Assembly (NCBI GenBank): GCA_045616125.1
Contig: JAZLGC010000002.1
Location: 23,000 to 46,999 of the forward strand
Reading direction: 5' to 3'
DNA: 24,000 nt
Origin: Treponemataceae bacterium
Lineage (GTDB): Bacteria; Spirochaetota; Spirochaetia; Treponematales; Treponemataceae
Numbering within the stretch: the stretch's first letter is position 1; every line of letters starts with the position of its first letter. Positions 15,390-24,000 of the stretch are shown piece by piece. The notes under the pieces were generated by a model that was given only the letters and a program-made list of their open reading frames with translations, did not search any database and had not been told where the DNA came from. A program made the translations under genes and the position numbers.

Positions 15390-15878
15390 TTAAGCCATTT
15401 TGTATAACTGTTCAATCATTTTTTCGCGAACCATAAGGACTGAACAGTTGGCATTCACAAGAATATCCCTATATGCTTCTGTCAGAACATCACGGCTGTC
15501 ACGGCCATTTCCTTCAAGACCGCCAAGAAGAATCAGATTTGCATTCATCTGATCTGCAGCAGTACACACTTCAGTCCAGACAGCACCGCGACGAAGCTCA
15601 GTTTCGATATTGATGTTCTTTTTCAGTGCAAGACTTTTTACATAATCAAGATATCTTGTTCCATCAGCCTGAAGATTCTGTTCATATTCGTGACTTTCTT
15701 CGGCTACAAAGAATTTGCTCAAAGTAAGTTGTTTCAAAGTAGCAGTATCTACTACATAAACAGCTTTTAAACTGCATTTATACAGTTTTGCCATAAGAAT
15801 ACCGTATTCAGCAGCCTGAATGGAGGCTTCTGACCCATTTACGACAATCAATACTTTTTGAAACAACGGTTTAATCAT
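15390..15878 (-). CDS. Universal stress protein (UspA family)
   Basis: 162 aa with the USP pattern KVLIVVNGSE...A...YVVD ... LILLGG...G ... ANCSVLMV. The start overlaps the atpD stop (TAATG). Confidence 0.8.
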   Translation of the reverse strand: MIKPLFQKVLIVVNGSEASIQAAEYGILMAKLYKCSLKAVYVVDTATLKQLTLSKFFVAEESHEYEQNLQADGTRYLDYVKSLALKKNINIETELRRGAVWTEVCTAADQMNANLILLGGLEGNGRDSRDVLTEAYRDILVNANCSVLMVREKMIEQLYKMA

Positions 15879-16501
15879 TATGTCTTTGAGCTCCTTGTTT
15901 TAAGATTTTTCAGAACAAATACGTTTTCACGTTCACGTTCTTCAAGAACAGCTTCGATGTAAGTTTTTGTTTCACGCGCCTGAGGAATAACCATTTTATC
16001 AAGAGCGTTAACACGACGCTGAGTCTTTTTTACTTCAGTAGCCAAACGCCATACTATGGTCCTGATTGAAGCCATTTCGGTAAGCAGTTTTAACAATTCA
16101 AAAAACTGAACCATTACTTCATCAGTGTCAGCGTAAGAATCCATGAAAGAATAAAAAAGTTCACGCTTAGGTAATTCTACTCCGATTGAACGGAACTGCA
16201 TACCTGCAGCAATTATGTTTTTTTCAGAGATGGTAAAATCATAACTGACAGCATGGCTGATACGTTCAACACGGTCTCCACCAACTGCCATCATCATGTT
16301 CTTCAGTGCAGGATATGCCTGAGCAACTGTTTTATCAATTTTCTGCTCAAGCATTTTTACCTGCTCTACCATATGCATCAGTTCCATTACCAGAATTTCT
16401 CGTTTCTGCTCCAGAAGGTCGTATCCATCTACTGCTACATTCAACTGTTCCTTAACAGAGAGAAGATTCGATTTTGTTGGAGCAATATTCTGACGGGCCA
16501 T
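15878..16501 (-). CDS. atpD: V/A-type ATP synthase subunit D
   Basis: 207 aa with N-terminus MARQNIAPTKSNLLSVKEQL typical of V-type D (central stalk). Positioned after subunit B. Confidence 0.9.
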   Translation of the reverse strand: MARQNIAPTKSNLLSVKEQLNVAVDGYDLLEQKREILVMELMHMVEQVKMLEQKIDKTVAQAYPALKNMMMAVGGDRVERISHAVSYDFTISEKNIIAAGMQFRSIGVELPKRELFYSFMDSYADTDEVMVQFFELLKLLTEMASIRTIVWRLATEVKKTQRRVNALDKMVIPQARETKTYIEAVLEERERENVFVLKNLKTRSSKT

Positions 16502-16504
16502 GGA

Positions 16505-17884
16505 TCAGTCCTCTTTCGGCATGTACTTTTCAATCAACTGCGGGTTAATACGGTACAGTTCACTGCGAGGCAGTTCAGCAAGTACTTTCCAACCGATATC
16601 AAGGGTTTCCTCAATAGTACGGTTTTCATATTCGCCCTGAGTCAGGAACTGGCTTTCAAACTTTTCACCAAACCGCAGATACTGCTTATCAAGGGCAGAA
16701 AGTTCTTCTTCACCGATAATTGCAGCCAGGTTACGGATTGATTTTACTTTTGAATAGGCAGCAAACAGCTGACTTGAAACATCTTTATGGTCATCACGGG
16801 TCATTTTTGCACCGATACCGTCTTTCATCAAACGGCTCAGACTTGGAAGACCTGCTACCGGTGGATACATACCCTTCTGTGACATTTCGCGGTCAAGTAC
16901 AATCTGGCCTTCGGTAATGTAACCGGTAAGGTCAGGAATTGGATGGGAAATATCATCGTTTGGCATAGTAAGAATAGGAATCTGGGTAATAGATCCTTTT
17001 GATCCCTTAACTTTACCAGCACGTTCATACAACTCTGCAAGGTCAGAATACAGGTATCCAGGATAACCTTTACGTCCGGGAACTTCACCACGGGTTGTTG
17101 AAATTTCACGAAGCGCTTCACAGTAGTTGGTCATATCAGTCATTACAACCAGTACGTGCATGCCTTTTTCGTATGCCAGATATTCAGCTGCAGTAAGTGC
17201 ACAACGAGGAGTAATGATACGTTCGATAGAAGGAGCATCTGCAAGTGACTGGAACATTACTACTTTTGACAGTACACCAGACTCTTCAAACGTATTTTTA
17301 AAGAACTGTGCAACGTCGTATTTAATACCCATTCCGGCAAATACCATTACGAAGTCTTCATCAGCACTACGGATTTTTGCCTGACGGATAATCTGAGCAG
17401 CAAGTCTGTTATGTGGCAGACCGTTACCAGAGAAAATCGGCAGTTTCTGTCCACGAATCAGGGTGTTCATACCGTCGATTGAAGAAATACCGGTCTGGAT
17501 GAAGTCACGGGGATATACACGTGCATAGGGGTTAATAGGGTACCCATTTACGTTCATCTTTTTAGACGACATAATTTCAGGATATCCATCAATTGGTTTT
17601 CCCAGACCATTGAAAATGCGTCCCAAAAGTCCTTCACCTACACGAAGTTCCATTGGTTCGTTCAGAAATTCTACCGTTGATTCATCAAGGTCGATACCAG
17701 TAGTAGAACCGAAAATCTGAACAACGGCATATTCTTCTGAAATATCAATAACACGACCAGTGCGTTTTTCGCCATTACGGTCACGAACTGCAACGATTTC
17801 ACTGAAGAAAACGTCTTCCGAACGACGAACAACAACTACAGGCCCGTCTACGGATGTTACGCCGGTATATTCAATTCCTCTCAT
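16505..17884 (-). CDS. atpB: V/A-type ATP synthase subunit B (non-catalytic)
   Basis: 459 aa with clear similarity to V-type B subunits ([43 protein letters not shown]). Confidence 0.95.
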   Translation of the reverse strand: MRGIEYTGVTSVDGPVVVVRRSEDVFFSEIVAVRDRNGEKRTGRVIDISEEYAVVQIFGSTTGIDLDESTVEFLNEPMELRVGEGLLGRIFNGLGKPIDGYPEIMSSKKMNVNGYPINPYARVYPRDFIQTGISSIDGMNTLIRGQKLPIFSGNGLPHNRLAAQIIRQAKIRSADEDFVMVFAGMGIKYDVAQFFKNTFEESGVLSKVVMFQSLADAPSIERIITPRCALTAAEYLAYEKGMHVLVVMTDMTNYCEALREISTTRGEVPGRKGYPGYLYSDLAELYERAGKVKGSKGSITQIPILTMPNDDISHPIPDLTGYITEGQIVLDREMSQKGMYPPVAGLPSLSRLMKDGIGAKMTRDDHKDVSSQLFAAYSKVKSIRNLAAIIGEEELSALDKQYLRFGEKFESQFLTQGEYENRTIEETLDIGWKVLAELPRSELYRINPQLIEKYMPKED

Positions 17885-17887
17885 AAC

Positions 17888-19672
17888 TTACACCTCAACC
17901 TTGCGGTATACACGTTCAATAGCAGAAAGCTCTTCATCCATCTTGATTTCGATGGTTTTAATCTGCTCAAGCTGATCATTTGGAACAGATGTCTTAATAC
18001 GAATAATCTGTTCGCGACATGGCAGCTGGGTAATTTTCAGCAGTGGCGCACCTTGTTTAATGATAGCCAGAGATCTTTCATAGAACTGCATGATTAACTG
18101 CAGAATCAAAATCTGTTTTTCAGGAACTGAGTAAACATCAATTTCATCAAATGCACTCTGCTGCAGGAAGCCGTTCTTAATCATTTCGGCAACAGTCAGA
18201 ACAAGGCGTTCTGTGTCAGGAAGAGCATCCGGACCAATCAAACGAACAATCTGTTCAAGACGCTGTTCTTTTTTAAGCAGTTCCAATGCTTCAAGTCGAA
18301 CCTGTGCCCAGCGTGGATCAAGACGGTCCCACCAGCCACGAACTTCGTCGGCATATTCCGAGTACGATTCAATCCAACCGATAGCAGGATAGTGGCGGGC
18401 ATTTGCCAGCTCACGGTCCAAAGCCCAGAAACAGCGGATAAAGCGTTTGGTATGCTGGGTTACTGGTTCAGAGAAGTCACCACCTGGCGGCGAAACTGCT
18501 CCAATAACCGATACACTACCCTCTTTTCCACAAAGGCTGGTAATACGTCCGGCACGTTCATAGAACTCAGCAAGACGAGTTGGCAGGTAAGCTGGGAAAC
18601 CTTCTTCTGCAGGCATTTCTTCCATACGTCCTGAAAGTTCGCGGAGTGCTTCTGCCCAGCGTGATGTTGAATCAGCCATAATTGCAACTGCCATACCCAT
18701 ATCACGGTAATACTCTGCAAGAGTGATACCTGAATACAGGGAAACTTCACGTGCTGCAACAGGCATGTTTGAAGTATTCGCAATCAGAATGGTACGTTCC
18801 ATCAGAGAGCGTCCAGTTCTCGGGTCAATCAGTGAAGGGAATTCGGTAAGTACGTCGGTCATTTCGTTACCACGTTCACCGCATCCAATGTAAACGATGA
18901 TGTCAGCATCACACCATTTTGCAATAGCGTGCTGGGTCATGGTTTTACCGGTACCGAAACCACCAGGAATTGCAGCAGTTCCACCTTTTGAAAGGGGGAA
19001 GAATACGTCAATGACGCGCTGTCCGGTAACCAGAGGTTCAGTAACCGTCAGTTTCTGTGCATAAGGACGTGGTTTTCGTACAGGCCAGTATTGGGCAAGA
19101 TTGATTTTTTCGCCAAGTTCAGTTTCTGCAATTACATCATTGATGGTGTATTCCCCTTCAGAAACCAAAGAAGTAAGAGTACGCCCACGAACTGTTGGTG
19201 GTACCATGATTTTATGAAGTACAGAAGAAGTTTCCTGTACAGTACCAATTACTTTTCCTGGTGCAATGGCTTCACCCTGCGCAACAGTTGGCGTAAACTT
19301 CCACTTTTTCTCTACATCAAGTGGTTCAGTTCTCTGACCTGGAGTAAGGAATGCGCCTGCATTTTCGTACATAGCTTCCAGAGGACGCTGAATACCATCA
19401 TAAATGGTTCCTACAAGTCCTGGTCCCAAACGTACAGAAAGTGGACGTTTATGACATACAACCGGTTCACCGATATGCATACCAGTATCATCTTCATATA
19501 CCTGAATAGTAGAAATTCCTGCTTTCTGACGGATAATTTCACCAATCAGTTTTGCATTTCCAACATCTACTACATCATACAGACCGCAGGAATCAAGACC
19601 TTCTGCATATACAATAGGTCCAGAAATACGGGTAATTTTTCCGGTTACTGATTTTTCAGCTGTGTTACTCAT
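17888..19672 (-). CDS. atpA: V/A-type ATP synthase subunit A (catalytic)
   Basis: 594 aa with Walker [10 protein letters not shown] and conserved stretches [22 protein letters not shown] and [13 protein letters not shown]. Overlaps the atpE stop as ATGA. Confidence 0.95.
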   Translation of the reverse strand: MSNTAEKSVTGKITRISGPIVYAEGLDSCGLYDVVDVGNAKLIGEIIRQKAGISTIQVYEDDTGMHIGEPVVCHKRPLSVRLGPGLVGTIYDGIQRPLEAMYENAGAFLTPGQRTEPLDVEKKWKFTPTVAQGEAIAPGKVIGTVQETSSVLHKIMVPPTVRGRTLTSLVSEGEYTINDVIAETELGEKINLAQYWPVRKPRPYAQKLTVTEPLVTGQRVIDVFFPLSKGGTAAIPGGFGTGKTMTQHAIAKWCDADIIVYIGCGERGNEMTDVLTEFPSLIDPRTGRSLMERTILIANTSNMPVAAREVSLYSGITLAEYYRDMGMAVAIMADSTSRWAEALRELSGRMEEMPAEEGFPAYLPTRLAEFYERAGRITSLCGKEGSVSVIGAVSPPGGDFSEPVTQHTKRFIRCFWALDRELANARHYPAIGWIESYSEYADEVRGWWDRLDPRWAQVRLEALELLKKEQRLEQIVRLIGPDALPDTERLVLTVAEMIKNGFLQQSAFDEIDVYSVPEKQILILQLIMQFYERSLAIIKQGAPLLKITQLPCREQIIRIKTSVPNDQLEQIKTIEIKMDEELSAIERVYRKVEV

Positions 19673-20283
19673 GATGGCAACCTCCCACCGAACAGTGTAG
19701 AAACAAGTTCGTAGCGATTTGCATCAACAATGCCCAGAATAAGTTCTTCTATAGTTACGCGGCAACGAACCGCATTATCATCACTGGTAAGGATACATCC
19801 GGTGTAACTTTCTGAAGTTTCACCAGCTGCTTCACATGAAAGCAAAGCACTTTTTTCAAGGTTTGCTTCAAGCATCTTTTTGATATCGTTAGTATCGAAG
19901 CCCTTAACTACGGCTGATACCTTTTTTCCTTTAAGAGCAGCAGAACACCGACCGAGCATTTTCTGCACCAGAGCCAGTTTATCTGCAACTGAAAGACCAT
20001 TTATGTACTGATTGATTGCATCAGTCATCGAGCGGTCCTGGAATTCAACAAGGAAACGCTGTTTTTCAAGAGGATATGCTGCATTTAAGTCACGTTCAAA
20101 AGCAACTTCCAGATTTTTATAATAATCTACCTTTTCCGCTTTTATAGTATCCAGACGAGTCTGAACACCGGCAGCAATTTTCTCTACTTCTGCATCAGCA
20201 TTTTTGAGAATACGGTCTGCCTTTTTACGGGCATCTTCCTGAATTTCTTTATCAAGAATTTCTGTAGAGCGAAGTTCTTCCAT
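19669..20283 (-). CDS. atpE: V/A-type ATP synthase subunit E (peripheral stalk)
   Basis: 204 aa with a long charged N-terminal helix ([28 protein letters not shown]) and a globular C-terminus. Position immediately upstream of A. Confidence 0.8.
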   Translation of the reverse strand: MEELRSTEILDKEIQEDARKKADRILKNADAEVEKIAAGVQTRLDTIKAEKVDYYKNLEVAFERDLNAAYPLEKQRFLVEFQDRSMTDAINQYINGLSVADKLALVQKMLGRCSAALKGKKVSAVVKGFDTNDIKKMLEANLEKSALLSCEAAGETSESYTGCILTSDDNAVRCRVTIEELILGIVDANRYELVSTLFGGRLPS

Positions 20284-20286
20284 TCG

Positions 20287-20338
20287 ATTTTCCCAATTTT
20301 ATTTTCCCGATTTTATGACCCCAAATAATCGGGGTCAT
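20287..20338 (-). promoter_or_regulatory. atpF-atpE intercistronic element: tandem 14-nt repeat plus a hairpin overlapping the atpF stop
   Basis: On the plus strand, attttcccaatttt (20287-20300) and attttcccgatttt (20301-20314) are adjacent. The hairpin is atgacccc (20315-20322) / ggggtcat (20331-20338) with an 8-nt loop. The atpF stop codon (20335-20337) lies inside the hairpin stem. Confidence 0.5.
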
Positions 20339-20679
20339 ACCTGAATACCAACCGCTTCACGAATTGCGTCGGTAAGGGATTTTTTGCCAGCTACATGTCC
20401 CTGCATACCGGGAATTTCCACAATAAGAGGATACTGGCCATCTTTCTGCCACTTGAGGACTTCATCTTCAAGAAGCACGGATACTTCTTCAGTTAAGATG
20501 AGCACTTTTGGCCGCTGTTCAGACGGGATACTGGCTACACCACCCCCAAGGGATACCTGACCGGTAACACGATTGAAAGCATCCAGGGCTTCTGTACGGT
20601 TAACTGCAACAGCGCCCTCGACACCAACCAGGCCAAAAGCGAGAACAATCTCACGCTCACCTATGACAAAATATTTCAC
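20335..20679 (-). CDS. atpF: V/A-type ATP synthase subunit F
   Basis: 114 aa. The N-terminus (KYFVIGEREIVLAFGLVGVEG) and the LILTEE segment are typical of V-type F. GTG start with GGAAAG upstream. Confidence 0.85.
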   Translation of the reverse strand: MKYFVIGEREIVLAFGLVGVEGAVAVNRTEALDAFNRVTGQVSLGGGVASIPSEQRPKVLILTEEVSVLLEDEVLKWQKDGQYPLIVEIPGMQGHVAGKKSLTDAIREAVGIQV

Positions 20680-20697
20680 TATTCTTTCCGTAAAAAA

Positions 20698-20982
20698 TCA
20701 GAGAATAATGATCAGCAGGGCTACAAGGAATCCCCACAGACAAATACCTTCAGCAAGACCTACGAATGGAAGTGCTTTACCAGAAAGTTCAGCATTTTCA
20801 GACATAGCACCCATAGCTGCGGCACCAATTTTTCCTACTGCCATACCACCTGCGATACAAGCAATACCTACAGCGATACCTGCAGCCAGAGGTTTAGCAA
20901 CTTCTGGAGAAAGGCCTTCTGCGAATGCGCCTGCGGCAACAAGGCAGAGCAGCATCAGAGTTACGATAATTTTCTTATTCAT
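20698..20982 (-). CDS. atpK: V/A-type ATP synthase subunit K (proteolipid, c-ring)
   Basis: 94-aa hydrophobic protein. A Gly/Ala-rich helix (GIAVGIACIAGGMAVGKIGAAAMGA) is followed by a second helix carrying the ion-binding Glu (FVGLAEGICLWG). AGGAG SD. Confidence 0.88.
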   Translation of the reverse strand: MNKKIIVTLMLLCLVAAGAFAEGLSPEVAKPLAAGIAVGIACIAGGMAVGKIGAAAMGAMSENAELSGKALPFVGLAEGICLWGFLVALLIIIL

Positions 20983-21035
20983 ATAAAACTCCTATATAAA
21001 CCTGATTTTCATCAGGAATGGATACTTACTATCGT

Positions 21036-23027
21036 TTACTTATTATAAGTAAACTTGAATGGGATGAACTCCTTACCGGTTTCGGTAAAGAACTTACTGA
21101 AGAATTCATAGTACTGAAGACGCATTACCTGGATAGCAACAATCATACCTTCAAGAACTACTACAACCGCATTACCAATAATGTATACTGCGAGACTTCC
21201 AGCCCAGTTGGATACCAGAGCCTGCATGGTAAAGATGATGAATCCCAGTACCGCATGGGCAAGAGCAAAGGCACCTACACGGAGGAAGCTGAGGCTGTTT
21301 GAAAGATAACTTGAGAATACTTCAAGCAGTTCAACAATACCTTCGATAATGGCAGCAAAAGCACCGTTTTCAAAAATTGGGCGTTCGCCATCAACCAGAC
21401 GTTCCAGTGGACCTGCAGCAAATACACCCAGCAGGGTAAGAGCAATAACAACCCAGTCGTAAATGGCAATTGCATGACCAAAGGCTGCAATACGTACTGC
21501 CATGATTACTACATACCAGAAAAACAGCGCTCCACACAGACCGGTTTTGCCAAAGAATGCTTTGCCGTAGTGTTTCAGAGTCAGGTTATTGATAAAGTTG
21601 ATGATAAGACCGATTGAGTTGATGATAAAACCAACACCAACGGTGAATCCCAGGAACATGAACATTTTGCCAACAGTATCAGCAGAAGGCATCATATGAA
21701 GGATTGGATGGAATGCATTTGCTTTACCAACAAACAGTCCGGTAAGGAACTTTGATACTGGAGCCAGAATATGTTCGTTACCAAAGAATTCACCGGTCAG
21801 AAGCCCCATAATAGTACTTGCCGTACCAATGGATACAAAAACAGGACCAAATTTATACCAGTTCTTTGCCGGTGGAAGCCAGTGTTTACAAAGGAGGAAT
21901 CCAACAAGAACAAAAACAAGTCCCTGACCGGCATCACCAAACATGATACCAAAGAGCAGTGTAAAGAAGAATGCTACAAAAGGAGTTGGGTCAACAGTTC
22001 CATACAGAGGTGCACCGTAACTGAAAATGATGCGTTCAAAACTTGATACTACTTTACCATGGGTAAGTTTAACCGGAACTTTTTCATGTCCCTGCTTTAC
22101 AGATGGAACTTCATTTGGTTCATAGGCACGGATAGCAATGCGGTCTTCGGTAAGTTCATCAAGTTCAGACATCATTGCATCGCTGTCGGCTGCAGGAATC
22201 CATCCGGTAATGCGGTATACCAGCTGCGTTGATTCCAGCTTGTCACGAACCTGCTGAATCTGAAGTCCAATACTCAGGCAACGAAGCAGACGAATAACTT
22301 CTGTTGCATGGGTTTCTGCATAGTTTTTACGTTCACGTGCAATTTCCTCAACAGCCTTACCTGCTTCTTCATTCTGCGTTTTAAGGCTTTCAAGAACATC
22401 TTCAGGAATTCCCTTAAAATCTTTTGGTACTTCCATACCAACAAAGCCGAAGCGTTTCAACTCTGAATCAAGTGCAAAGCGTCCTTTTTTAGAAGATGCA
22501 GCAAGAATACGTGATGCATCATTTCCCAGTGGAACAATGACAGCACGGTCTCCTACAGCAAATTTCAGTTCATCTACTACTGCAGGGTCGATTTTTCCGA
22601 TACGAAGAGACAGGAAGGAAAGATGTTCCAGTTCACTGTATTCTACCTGCAGATTAGAAAATGCCTGAGCTTCTGTATAGGCATCAGAAACCCGCTTAAG
22701 GTTATCTGCAATGGCAACTTCACGCTGTCGAAGATCTTCTACGGCATTCAGAATATCATTTACCAAAGCAATATCTTCATCTGAAGGCATAGTACTTGCT
22801 GATTCATAATCATCAACATCAGCAACTTCCAGATACGCCCGAACAGACTGCAGCTTATCAAAGTAATCCTTGTATATATTTTCACCTGAAGCGTTGGACT
22901 CCTGTAATTCCGACTGGAACTGGAAGTTACCGCGTTTTCCAAGGAACTCAAGTACGTTGTTAATGTCCTCTTTAAGGATCATCAGCTCAATGAGCTTCAT
23001 TTTTGTCGTTTTTGCCATATTTATCAC
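21036..23027 (-). CDS. atpI: V/A-type ATP synthase subunit I (a-subunit, stator/ion channel)
   Basis: 663 aa with a soluble coiled N-terminal half and a polytopic C-terminal half. It carries the conserved region LSNSLSFLRVGAFALAHAVL containing the essential Arg. Confidence 0.9.
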   Translation of the reverse strand: MINMAKTTKMKLIELMILKEDINNVLEFLGKRGNFQFQSELQESNASGENIYKDYFDKLQSVRAYLEVADVDDYESASTMPSDEDIALVNDILNAVEDLRQREVAIADNLKRVSDAYTEAQAFSNLQVEYSELEHLSFLSLRIGKIDPAVVDELKFAVGDRAVIVPLGNDASRILAASSKKGRFALDSELKRFGFVGMEVPKDFKGIPEDVLESLKTQNEEAGKAVEEIARERKNYAETHATEVIRLLRCLSIGLQIQQVRDKLESTQLVYRITGWIPAADSDAMMSELDELTEDRIAIRAYEPNEVPSVKQGHEKVPVKLTHGKVVSSFERIIFSYGAPLYGTVDPTPFVAFFFTLLFGIMFGDAGQGLVFVLVGFLLCKHWLPPAKNWYKFGPVFVSIGTASTIMGLLTGEFFGNEHILAPVSKFLTGLFVGKANAFHPILHMMPSADTVGKMFMFLGFTVGVGFIINSIGLIINFINNLTLKHYGKAFFGKTGLCGALFFWYVVIMAVRIAAFGHAIAIYDWVVIALTLLGVFAAGPLERLVDGERPIFENGAFAAIIEGIVELLEVFSSYLSNSLSFLRVGAFALAHAVLGFIIFTMQALVSNWAGSLAVYIIGNAVVVVLEGMIVAIQVMRLQYYEFFSKFFTETGKEFIPFKFTYNK

Positions 23028-23989
23028 TCCACAACGCCAGCAAATTCTTTAACCTGCTGTTCGTTTACCAGAAGACGAAGGCCTTCTGCAGCTGTCCTGA
23101 TACAATCCATTTCATACTGTTTAATCTTAAACCATGTTACCAGAACACAGTCGGTAAATGGATGCTGATGAAACAGTTTTAATGCACGTTTATTCATTGC
23201 TACTTTTGCTTTCTGCTGCACGTAGCGAGGGTCGATGAACCACGGTACTCCAGGTTCTGCTGGATTCAGGAAATCTGCATACTTCCATTTTTCCCAGTCA
23301 GATGGAGTATCAAAGGCGAATTTGAGAAGTTTAACAGCTTCTCCTGCCAGTGGGTCAGTTTCTGTTGCAACATCATGAAGAGGTACAAGCTGGGCTTTAA
23401 TTTCCTCATCACTCATGCCATAGTAGTTCTTTAACCTGATAGCCCATAAACAATTGTTGAGAACCAGTTCTTCTTTAATAAGACTTTCAACAGGGCCTCG
23501 TTCATATGATGGAATCTTCTTGCAGGCATCCCACAGAGAATGCATATACTGGGCATCAAGCTGATGGTCAACATCTTTCTGCTCTGACCGTTCCGGTACT
23601 TTTTTATACCAGGCTAATGGCGATCCCTCAGTTATTTTGGCGATATCCGGGTAGGCTTTAAGGTTCAACATACTATGCTGCCCGATATCTACCAGATTCT
23701 GTGGAACAGGAGCTTTATCGCTGATAGCGTGTGCTATGTCTTTAATGTTGCAAAAATCGTAATATTGAAGAAGAGCGAGTGAAACAGGCTCTGGTTTTGT
23801 ATAACAGCCCAAAAGCATTGAAAAATCACTGATGAACTGTTCTTCTGCCTTGCGTTCAATCTGCTGGGCAAGCATTACCTCTGGAACAAGGGGAACCTGG
23901 GTATTAAAAACCAGAGTCCATAATTCTGAAAGAGATTTTGCCTGAAACAGTTTTACGGCTCGTGGTCCTACAAATGAATTTGCAAGCAT
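23024..23989 (-). CDS. atpC: V/A-type ATP synthase subunit C (AC39/d family)
   Basis: 321-aa all-helical protein overlapping the atpI start as ATGA. Segments such as EELVLNNCLWAIRLKNYYGMSDEEI and KIKQYEMDCIRTAAEGLRL resemble the repeated AC39 pattern. Assignment rests on position and pattern only. Confidence 0.7.
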   Translation of the reverse strand: MLANSFVGPRAVKLFQAKSLSELWTLVFNTQVPLVPEVMLAQQIERKAEEQFISDFSMLLGCYTKPEPVSLALLQYYDFCNIKDIAHAISDKAPVPQNLVDIGQHSMLNLKAYPDIAKITEGSPLAWYKKVPERSEQKDVDHQLDAQYMHSLWDACKKIPSYERGPVESLIKEELVLNNCLWAIRLKNYYGMSDEEIKAQLVPLHDVATETDPLAGEAVKLLKFAFDTPSDWEKWKYADFLNPAEPGVPWFIDPRYVQQKAKVAMNKRALKLFHQHPFTDCVLVTWFKIKQYEMDCIRTAAEGLRLLVNEQQVKEFAGVVE

Positions 23990-24000
23990 ACCACTCGCTT

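Noticed and set aside
19091-19651. Long antisense ORFs within conserved genes: 186 aa opposite atpA, 171 aa at 13588-14103 opposite map, 195 aa at 1382-1969, 137 aa at 20573-20986 opposite atpF/atpK, and 163 aa at 14862-15353.
   Set aside because: Each is fully embedded antisense to, or out of frame with, a gene that has strong family signatures. Their translations are low-complexity or biased (Phe/Asn/Ile-rich or Ala/Pro-rich). None has an SD. These are typical shadow ORFs.
20698-20982. The signal-peptide-like N-terminus (MNKKIIVTLMLLCLVAAGAFA) on the 94-aa proteolipid subunit K, as an anomaly.
   Set aside because: From memory, single-hairpin A/V-type c subunits of ~100 aa with a hydrophobic N-terminal segment exist in other bacteria, for example Thermus subunit L. 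This is probably normal for the family.
1-24000. A CRISPR array or other regularly spaced short repeats.
   Set aside because: No series of 24-40-nt direct repeats with uniform spacers was seen on either strand. The only tandem repeats are the 24-bp coding duplication (425-472) and the 14-nt pair (20287-20314).

Overview
This is a 24-kb bacterial window with three blocks. Taxon cannot be established without a search; the V/A-type ATPase and overall gene content fit an anaerobe such as a spirochaete.

(1) 1-5.7 kb is comparatively GC-rich. A type-B carboxylesterase is translationally coupled (ATGA overlap) to a GH31 alpha-glycosidase. Both are convergent with a GPH-family sugar:cation symporter, a yicI/yicJ-like pairing.

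(2) 5.7-8.7 kb is an AT-rich accessory islet. It holds an orphan ~330-aa protein, a macro-domain (ADP-ribose binding/hydrolase) protein and two small orphan ORFs. These are followed on the minus strand by tRNA-Pro(UGG) and an aberrant tRNA-like gene with its own strong promoter and terminator.

(3) 8.9-24 kb is housekeeping. It starts with a TVP38/DedA-like + pssA + psd + PAP2 lipid operon. A tightly packed minus-strand array follows: htrA, map, a J-domain protein, a small orphan, a USP, and a V/A-type ATPase operon (C-I-K-F-E-A-B-D).

The most unusual signal is non-genic. Two direct-orientation copies (3915-4134 and 6797-7018) of a ~220-bp rod-like imperfect palindrome share a 45-nt invariant apical domain. 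Their stem segments differ between copies through compensatory changes on both arms.

I found no CRISPR array, transposase, integrase, reverse transcriptase or recognisable defence-system enzyme. The macro-domain islet is only a weak candidate for a conflict module.
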